Positions 22,009 to 28,734 of a DNA stretch of 53,066 bases are shown here, in pieces. This DNA is from an uncultured Candidatus Saccharibacteria bacterium. Lineage in GTDB: Bacteria > Patescibacteriota > Saccharimonadia > Saccharimonadales > Saccharimonadaceae. The notes below the pieces were generated by a model. The model was given only the letters and a program-made list of their open reading frames with translations, searched no databases and was not told where the DNA came from. The stretch's first letter is position 1. Every line of letters begins with the position of its first letter. The stretch spans positions 1-53,066 of the forward strand of contig CAMJEK010000001.1 in NCBI GenBank assembly GCA_946404685.1. The letters run 5' to 3'. A program made the position numbers and the translations under genes.

Positions 22009-22032
22009 AAGGCCGACACGTGTCGGCCTTTT
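22009..22032 (+). terminator. Perfect 22-bp palindromic terminator
   Basis: AAGGCCGACACGTGTCGGCCTT followed by TT. Confidence 0.75.
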
Positions 22033-22049
22033 TATGATATAATGCATAT

Positions 22050-22361
22050 ATGTATTTAACAAAATCTGAGCGAGGAACAGCAGTATCTGCTTATGGGTTC
22101 AAAAACCTCGTAGAAGACGACCACTATCAAGTTGATTATGACGTTTGGGTGTATCTTTTTCATGATGAGAATAATAAAAAATATGTTTTAATTGTCGCTG
22201 ATTACATTGACTACGACTACGATGTTTTTCCCCATCTTTTGAAATTTGACTACGGATTCAAGAAAATTGAGTTTGTTCTTCAACGAGAACTTCCAATCAA
22301 AGACGAAAATCTCTTAATGAATATACACGCCAACACGATCTTATTTGAATATACCGACTAA
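22050..22361 (+). CDS. Hypothetical acidic/aromatic protein, 103 aa
   Basis: AT-rich ORF; ATG 6 nt after TGATATAAT. Confidence 0.65.
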   Translation: MYLTKSERGTAVSAYGFKNLVEDDHYQVDYDVWVYLFHDENNKKYVLIVADYIDYDYDVFPHLLKFDYGFKKIEFVLQRELPIKDENLLMNIHANTILFEYTD

Positions 22362-22372
22362 ATTCTTTCACA

Positions 22373-22567
22373 TGGTGAGTCGGGAGGGGGCTAGAACCTC
22401 GTTGGCGAAGCCCGAGGGTTTCCAACAAAAAAGCTCCTCAATGGAGCATTTTTTTGGTGAGGCGATCTCACCAATAAAAATAAGCCCAAAGGGCTTCTTT
22501 TTATTGTGGTGAGGACGCTCGTACTTCGTACTCGCTATCTCACCAATTTTCTTCGAAAATTGGTGAG
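22373..22567. repeat. tRNA-Lys 3'-end-derived nested hairpin repeats with a 17-bp att-like duplicate
   Basis: TGGTGAG at 22373, 22455, 22507, 22561; inverse CTCACCA at 22467, 22539; TGGTGAGTCGGGAGGGG duplicated at 22373. Confidence 0.85.
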
Positions 22568-22637
22568 TCGGGAGGGGCTCGAACCCTCGACACCGGGCTT
22601 AAAAGGCCCGTGCTCTAACCAGCTGAGCTACCGACCC
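22561..22637 (-). tRNA. tRNA-Lys(UUU)
   Basis: CGGGC-CTTTTAA-GCCCG anticodon arm, canonical D and T arms, CCA. Confidence 0.95.
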
Positions 22638-22649
22638 AGGGTAAATAAA

Positions 22650-22726
22650 TGGTGGGCGATAGAGGAGTCGAACCTCTGACCTCGTCTACGTCAAAGACGC
22701 GCTCTAGCCAACTGAGCTAACCGCCC
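22650..22726 (-). tRNA. tRNA-Val(GAC)
   Basis: CGTCT-TTGACGT-AGACG anticodon arm, CCA. Confidence 0.95.
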
Positions 22727-22867
22727 AAATTGTTAATTTGCCTTATCTCTTAATTATACCACAGATTCGGCATTTTGTAAATAAGGGGTCAAAATCCCCG
22801 AACATTTCGATTATATCACGATTGAATAAAAAATCCAGAGCATTTCTCGTGGTATAATAAGATTAAG

Positions 22868-24103
22868 ATGAAACATCTCAGTATTTTTCTTGGCAAAAGT
22901 GTCCAAAAGCTCACGGGTCTGAAAAAGACTGGCGGCTCTGCTTTGCCTGGTCTTGTCGTCGAAAAAACCGACCCGAAATTCATCGGCAAAATTCTCTCGA
23001 AACTTCCATACGGAGTTGTTGTTGTCTCTGGTACGAACGGGAAAACCACAACCACGAAAGTTATCTCCGAACTTTTCGAAAAAAACGGCCTCAAGGTCTT
23101 CACGAATAAAACCGGCAGCAATTTTGTACGTGGCGTGATTTCTGCAATCCTAAAAAACATCAAACTAACCGGAAAATTTGACTATGACATTGCCGTATTG
23201 GAACTTGACGAAGCCCATGCTGTAAAATTTAGTGAAGTCGCGCCAATCGATTATGCTTTGCTCCTAAATGTTCAGCGCGACCAACTCGATCGCTTCGGCG
23301 AAATCGATCACACCGCTGACCTGCTTCAAAAAATTGCTTCAAAAACCAAGAAAACCACTATCTTAAACCGCGAAGATCCACGCGTTTCGAAAATTAAAGC
23401 CAAAAATACGAAGTTCTTTGGCCTCTCCAAAGAAATGCTGGACAAGTTCCCGTCCGATGATGACCTAATCGAAAAATCTGAGATCAAAGTTTCGGATCAG
23501 CCTGCTGCGGTAATTCTGAAAAACCTGAAAGGTAACACTGCAACCTATCAAATCGGCGAGGAGTCGGAATCTGTCGAGTTGGAACTAAAAGGCATCTATA
23601 ACGCCTATAATGTTGCCGGCGCCCTGGCGCTTGTCGCAGAGGTTTTAAAAGATAAAAATCCAAAAGAACTAGTCGGGGAACTAAAAGATATTAAATCCGC
23701 TTTTGGCCGTGGTGAAGTTCTGAAAGTGGGCGACACCGAAGTTGAAATTTTGCTTGTCAAAAATCCGTCTGCCTTTCAGCTTAGCCTTGCTTCGTTCGCG
23801 GACAAAGATCACGATTATATGATCGCTATAAACGACAACATTGCAGATGGTCGCGATGTTTCCTGGCTCTGGAATGTAGATTTTAGCGGCCTCAAAAATG
23901 TCAAAGTTGTTTCCGGAATTCGTGCTACAGACATGGCGCTTCGTCTAAAGTATGACAACGTTGAATTTGGTGAAGTTGAGGAAGATCTCGAAAAGGCTAT
24001 CAGGAAGCTCGTAAAATCTGGCCCAAACAAAAAGCGTATCTTCACGACCTACACCGCCATGCTCGAAATCCGCAAAATCATCTCAGGAAGGAGCTTGCTA
24101 TGA
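22868..24103 (+). CDS. murT: Lipid II isoglutaminyl synthase subunit MurT
   Basis: GGSALPG, GTNGKTTT, RDQLDRFGE, LLVKNP, ADGRDVSWLW, TYTAML; overlaps gatD. Confidence 0.92.
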   Translation: MKHLSIFLGKSVQKLTGLKKTGGSALPGLVVEKTDPKFIGKILSKLPYGVVVVSGTNGKTTTTKVISELFEKNGLKVFTNKTGSNFVRGVISAILKNIKLTGKFDYDIAVLELDEAHAVKFSEVAPIDYALLLNVQRDQLDRFGEIDHTADLLQKIASKTKKTTILNREDPRVSKIKAKNTKFFGLSKEMLDKFPSDDDLIEKSEIKVSDQPAAVILKNLKGNTATYQIGEESESVELELKGIYNAYNVAGALALVAEVLKDKNPKELVGELKDIKSAFGRGEVLKVGDTEVEILLVKNPSAFQLSLASFADKDHDYMIAINDNIADGRDVSWLWNVDFSGLKNVKVVSGIRATDMALRLKYDNVEFGEVEEDLEKAIRKLVKSGPNKKRIFTTYTAMLEIRKIISGRSLL

Positions 24104-24813
24104 CAATCAATATCCTCCACCTCTATCCAAAAGAAATGAACCTTTATGGTGACCACGGCAACATTTTGGCTCTAACTCGTCGCCTCGAGTGGCGCGGCTA
24201 CAAAACAAACGTAATTCATTACGAGCCAGGTATGGAAATTCCAAAAGACGTCGATATTATTTTTGGCGGCGGCGGCCAGGATTCCGGGCAGGGAAAAATC
24301 GAGAAAGATTTAAAGAAAATCGCCAAAGTCCTGAAAGAGAAAATCGAAGCTGGCGTGCCAACGCTTCTTATCTGCGGCCTCTATCAGCTCATGGGTAAAT
24401 ACTTTGAAACTGCCGAGGGTCAAAGAATCGAAGGAACCGGCGTACTCAACCTATACACTAAGGCCGGACCGACCCGCCTCATTGGCAACATCGTCATAGA
24501 CTCAGAAGAATTCGGCGAGGTTGTCGGCTATGAAAACCACTCTGGACTCACCTATCTTGGCGAGGGTCTAAAACCGTTCGGCGAAGTAAAAATTGGTGAC
24601 GGCAACAACGACAAAGATTCTGGCGAAGGAGTCAGATATAAAAACTGTATCGGTACCTATCTTCATGGCCCAATTTTGCCAAAGAATCCAAAAGTCACGG
24701 ATTTCTTAATCAAGACTGCCCTCAAAAACAAGGGCGAATCTATTGATTTGAAGCCGCTAGACGATATGATTGAAAATAAAGCTCACAAAGTCGCCGCTTC
24801 AAGACCACGCTAA
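24100..24813 (+). CDS. gatD: Glutamine amidotransferase GatD
   Basis: MNLYGDHGN, GGGQD, ICGLYQL, GYENHSG, TYLHGPILPKNP. Confidence 0.92.
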   Translation: MTINILHLYPKEMNLYGDHGNILALTRRLEWRGYKTNVIHYEPGMEIPKDVDIIFGGGGQDSGQGKIEKDLKKIAKVLKEKIEAGVPTLLICGLYQLMGKYFETAEGQRIEGTGVLNLYTKAGPTRLIGNIVIDSEEFGEVVGYENHSGLTYLGEGLKPFGEVKIGDGNNDKDSGEGVRYKNCIGTYLHGPILPKNPKVTDFLIKTALKNKGESIDLKPLDDMIENKAHKVAASRPR

Positions 24814-24869
24814 TCTTGACTTTTTATACCTCTTATGCTATGTTAGTCATAGAAAAAGGTCATACAAAA

Positions 24870-26411
24870 ATGAAAAAACAAACAAGAAAATCTTTGGCAC
24901 TTGCTGCGTTGGCAGTTCCTTTTGCTATGTCTAGCGGTGCTTTTGCCGAAACCTCCGGCACCACAACTGTCAACATCGAGGTTGACGAAACCCTGTCGCT
25001 AGTTCTCAGTGCAGAGAACATTAATTTTAATGCCATCGGTAGCGAGCTCATGACAAACAACATGACAATTACCGGCTCGACCAACTCTGCCGCTGGCTAC
25101 TCTATAAGCGTGAACACAAATAATGATTATACCGAGTTGAAACATTCCAATACGAATGTCTCGGCTTCTGTTCCAACCTTGTCTTCTGCAACAACCATGG
25201 CTTCATTCCCGGACATTGCCTGGGGTTACGCTAATTCTCTAGCTAGTGCAAGTGACGAAGTTTCAAACGATACGACCTTTAACCCAATCCCGGCAGCAGC
25301 TACAAAGATTTTCCAATCTTCAGCAAACGGTTCATCGAACCATATTTTCACAACCGGCATCAAAGCCAACAATAGCCTTCCAGCCGGCACCTACTCAAAT
25401 GATCTTCTCTTTACTATCGTTGCAAATCCAGTGCCACAAAACAACATCGAAACCGGAATGAACGATGATGGCGTCGAGCCAATCATTGATCCAATTTCTG
25501 GCAACCCTTACTTCCCAATGCAGGGTATGACTCCAGAAATCTGCCAAGCTGCAACTTTGGAGGAGCAAGTTCAACTCATCGATATCCGCGATAAGAAACT
25601 TTACTGGGTTACAAAACTTGCTGATGGCAATTGTTGGATGACACAAAACCTTGACTTCGACATTCCTTCTACTGCGCTTTCATCGACTACTACAAACCTA
25701 ACTCAGTATGGTGTTGATGGGTATACGAGCAGCGAAGGGTATAGCAAGGACGGGGATATTATCTATTGGACGCCAAGCAGCGCCACCATTCCAGTATCAG
25801 CCATTGGCACTACTGGCACCATTTCCGGCTGGCAAGTAGATCACGACCACCCATATTCAGCAGATCCAGGCACTTGGTATAGCACTGATACCTGGTATGA
25901 CAATGACACTGAAACTAATTATCTAGCAGGCAACCAAGGCGATAAATTCTCTAGAACCCCATATTCTGGGAATGGCGCTCACGGGCATGTGGGTAACTAT
26001 TATAACTGGTCCGCCGCGATTGCGACAAACGATGCTTCTGGCTACACTAGCTCGACATATCAAAATTCATCAGAGAATCCGAAGAACTCTATCTGTCCAA
26101 AAGGCTGGAGATTGCCAGTTATAGCTGAATACTCAAATGGTGAATTGGGCGCCAACGAATTCTATAACCTGGGTTATAGCTATGGCAGCACGAGCAATGA
26201 TGAGCATATTTCTGGAAGTCCAGTTTGGTTAATCCGCACCGGTTGGGTTACTGGCGGCCTAAGTAGCGCCGGTAGTAACGGTTTGTATTGGTCTAGTACT
26301 GTCGCCAACGAGATGAGTGCGTACGATCTCTACTTCCACCACTGGGGCTTTAACCCAAAAAACTACTACGGCAAAGGTAATGGCGCATCCATCCGCTGCG
26401 TCGCCGAGTAG
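24870..26411 (+). CDS. Secreted FISUMP (Fib_succ_major)-domain protein 1
   Basis: Signal peptide ending AFA; DIRDKKLYW..DGNCWMTQNL, GNYYNW, ICPKGWRLP, YWSST, SIRCVAE. Confidence 0.85.
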   Translation: MKKQTRKSLALAALAVPFAMSSGAFAETSGTTTVNIEVDETLSLVLSAENINFNAIGSELMTNNMTITGSTNSAAGYSISVNTNNDYTELKHSNTNVSASVPTLSSATTMASFPDIAWGYANSLASASDEVSNDTTFNPIPAAATKIFQSSANGSSNHIFTTGIKANNSLPAGTYSNDLLFTIVANPVPQNNIETGMNDDGVEPIIDPISGNPYFPMQGMTPEICQAATLEEQVQLIDIRDKKLYWVTKLADGNCWMTQNLDFDIPSTALSSTTTNLTQYGVDGYTSSEGYSKDGDIIYWTPSSATIPVSAIGTTGTISGWQVDHDHPYSADPGTWYSTDTWYDNDTETNYLAGNQGDKFSRTPYSGNGAHGHVGNYYNWSAAIATNDASGYTSSTYQNSSENPKNSICPKGWRLPVIAEYSNGELGANEFYNLGYSYGSTSNDEHISGSPVWLIRTGWVTGGLSSAGSNGLYWSSTVANEMSAYDLYFHHWGFNPKNYYGKGNGASIRCVAE

Positions 26412-26496
26412 GCCTAGGCATTTTACGGCATAGCCGAAAGCGGATTCCAAAAACACCAAGGGGGTTGATTTTGGAGCTCTATATGCTAATAATCTC

Positions 26497-26627
26497 AGCG
26501 GGTTGGAGAAAATTTTAGTTGTTCTGTCTGTGGGGCCCGTTAATTCCAAATGGGAATATTTGGACGTGGTGGTAGGGGTCTCACTGAACGGCAGTCAGGG
26601 ATGTTAGAGACTCCTGGGAAGGAGATT
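26497..26627 (+). promoter_or_regulatory. Structured 5' leader of small ORF with alternative SD-sequestering stems
   Basis: Upstream TTGATT..TGCTAATAAT promoter-like site; stems TCCAAAT/ATTTGGA, GGGGTCTC/GAGACTCC, CTCCT-GGGA-AGGAG. Confidence 0.5.
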
Positions 26628-26714
26628 ATGAGCTTAGAACTTAAGATATTGAAGTTCAAAATCAATCTTTCTGTAAGAAGATCAAAAACTAAAAAAGTGA
26701 CTAGTAGGAACTAG
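26628..26714 (+). CDS. 28-aa basic peptide MSLELKILKFKINLSVRRSKTKKVTSRN (candidate type I toxin)
   Basis: Manual translation; GGAAGGAG RBS just upstream of ATG. Confidence 0.6.
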   Translation: MSLELKILKFKINLSVRRSKTKKVTSRN

Positions 26715-26764
26715 TCACTCCGACACAAACACCGCGTCATCACCCTGAGGGTGATGCGGTTTAT
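26691..26764 (-). ncRNA. Candidate antisense sRNA of about 74 nt (antitoxin-like)
   Basis: TTGAAG-N17-TATAAT promoter with TG (26799..26771), 5' hairpin CCGCATCACCCTCAGGGTGATGACGCGG, terminator AGTGACTAGT/ACTAGTCACT plus U tract. Confidence 0.6.
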
Positions 26765-26808
26765 GAAATCATTATATCACAAAAAACCACAAGCTTCAAT
26801 AGCAAAAG

Positions 26809-26900
26809 GACCTCCGGGACGCTCGCTTCGTTCGCTAGCCGTCACCACGCAGAAAAACAAAAAATAACCCTCTGGGTTATTTTCTTGTTTTTGCTTGGTG
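26809..26900. repeat. Long hairpin and REP-like motif at the tRNA-Phe 3' end
   Basis: CACCA(26843)..AAAATAACCC-TCT-GGGTTATTTT..TGGTG(26896); GGACGCTCGCTTCGTTCGCTA resembles 22513..22537. Confidence 0.7.
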
Positions 26901-26971
26901 GCTCCGGTCGGACTTGAACCAACGACACAAGGCTCTTCAGGCCTCTGCTCTACCAACTGAGCTACAGAGCC
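26896..26971 (-). tRNA. tRNA-Phe(GAA)
   Basis: GAGGC-CTGAAGA-GCCTT anticodon arm, canonical arms, CCA. Confidence 0.95.
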
Positions 26972-27072
26972 AAGCTTAGATAATTATATCATGCCGAGCA
27001 GAAAATACAACCATCTCTTGACAAAATCCCCGTTTTCGCTTATACTTATTTTTAGATAAAGGTCAAACAAAA

Positions 27073-28683
27073 ATGAAAAAACACACATACAAATCTATTG
27101 CACTTGCTGCGTTGGCAGTTCCTTTTGCCATGTCTAGCAGTGTTTTTGCGGATACCTCCGGCTCTGCAACAGTTACTATTCAAGTAGACGAAACTCTGTC
27201 CATCGTTTTAGGCTCAGAGTCTATTAACTTTTCTCAGGCAGATAATAGCCTCATGTCTCGAAGTATAACCGTAGCCGGTGCGACCAATGCTGCAGCTGGT
27301 TACACGATTTCTTTTAGTGCGAACAATGAATATACAGATTTGAAGCATACAAATTCAAATGTTAATGCTAGCATTCCAACTCTTTCTGAAAATGTTTCTG
27401 CCGCTAGCTTCCCAGTCAATCACTGGGGTTACGCAGATAGTTTGACCTCTGTTAGTGCCGAACCAACCAACGAAACAACCTTCAAAAAAGTTCCCTTGAA
27501 CCCAACAAATGTCTTCGCTACGGAAACGAATGGCGAAAGCACTCACATATTCACGGTTGGTGTTAAAGCGGACAACAATATGGCATCCGGTACCTACTCA
27601 AATGACCTTCTCTTTACTATTGTTGCAAACCCAGTGCCAAGAAACGGCATTGAATCCGCAATGATTGACGCCGGAGTTTCACCAATTGCCGTTGATGTCG
27701 TAGATCCAGTGACTAGCGCGGTATCTCATGAATCTTACTACCCAATGCAAGCTATGTCCTCATCAATCTGTGACTCCGCAGCTGTTAATGAACAATTCCA
27801 GCTCGTCGACTCTCGCGACAATAAGGTCTACTGGGCTGCAAAACTTGCTGACGGCCACTGCTGGATGACCCAAAACCTCGACTTTGACCTCAATTCTGCC
27901 GTAACTCTTACTTCGGAAGATACCAACTTGAGACAATATGACACCGGCGAAGGATATTCCGCTAATGGATTCGACTATGTTATGTATAGTTCACAATATG
28001 GATATAGTTATGATGAACAAACCGGCGTCATCTCCTGGACGCCAGATGCCAGCACGATCGATATGACCGCCGGCAATTACGGCGATTGGGTAAAGAACTA
28101 TGCTCTACCTATTTCCGCTGACCCTGGAAACTGGTATTATTCCGATCAATTCTTAACCCCAGCAACCAAAAATTATATGACTGGCAATGGCGGTGACTAC
28201 TTTAGTCAAACTCCATTTGCTGGCAATGGTATGCACGGACACGTCGGAAACTACTATAACTGGACCGCCGCTGTTGCCGCAAACGTCAATAGATGGACCG
28301 ACGGTAAGGGTGGTACCTATAGTAATGTAGCCGACAACCCACAAAACTCTATCTGTCCAAAAGGTTGGAGACTTCCTACTATTTCCGGAGACTCTGCTGA
28401 CCAGGCTGGCAGTACGAACGAATTTGCAAGGTTAAATACTCTATATAATGGTGGCTTGCTTAATACCTCTGCAGGCCTTGAGGGCGCTCCATTCTATCAT
28501 ATCCGATCTGGCGTGTTATCTGATGGTTACGTATACGGCATGGGCTATGGTGGGACTTACTGGTCCTCCACTGTTGTCCATAGTATGGTGCACTACGTTG
28601 CTAATATTGAGGGAAATTCTGCCAATGCCTCCTATAGCAACGACAACTACTACGGCTTCTCGGTACGTTGTATCGCTGAATAA
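27073..28683 (+). CDS. Secreted FISUMP-domain protein 2 (paralog of 24870..26411)
   Basis: Nearly identical signal peptide; DSRDNKVYW..CWMTQNL, YYNW, ICPKGWRLP, YWSST, SVRCIAE. Confidence 0.85.
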   Translation: MKKHTYKSIALAALAVPFAMSSSVFADTSGSATVTIQVDETLSIVLGSESINFSQADNSLMSRSITVAGATNAAAGYTISFSANNEYTDLKHTNSNVNASIPTLSENVSAASFPVNHWGYADSLTSVSAEPTNETTFKKVPLNPTNVFATETNGESTHIFTVGVKADNNMASGTYSNDLLFTIVANPVPRNGIESAMIDAGVSPIAVDVVDPVTSAVSHESYYPMQAMSSSICDSAAVNEQFQLVDSRDNKVYWAAKLADGHCWMTQNLDFDLNSAVTLTSEDTNLRQYDTGEGYSANGFDYVMYSSQYGYSYDEQTGVISWTPDASTIDMTAGNYGDWVKNYALPISADPGNWYYSDQFLTPATKNYMTGNGGDYFSQTPFAGNGMHGHVGNYYNWTAAVAANVNRWTDGKGGTYSNVADNPQNSICPKGWRLPTISGDSADQAGSTNEFARLNTLYNGGLLNTSAGLEGAPFYHIRSGVLSDGYVYGMGYGGTYWSSTVVHSMVHYVANIEGNSANASYSNDNYYGFSVRCIAE

Positions 28684-28734
28684 AAATAAATAACAGACAT
28701 TCAAAAAACTAGCCCCGTGTATTATAATAGGGTT

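Noticed and set aside
20898-22423. Prophage or IS element
   Set aside because: No integrase, transposase or phage structural motifs; reported only as a repeat-bounded islet
26412-27072. DGR template repeat in the intergenic region between FISUMP genes
   Set aside because: No similarity to any FISUMP 3' end and no AAC-rich tract; no reverse transcriptase in the window
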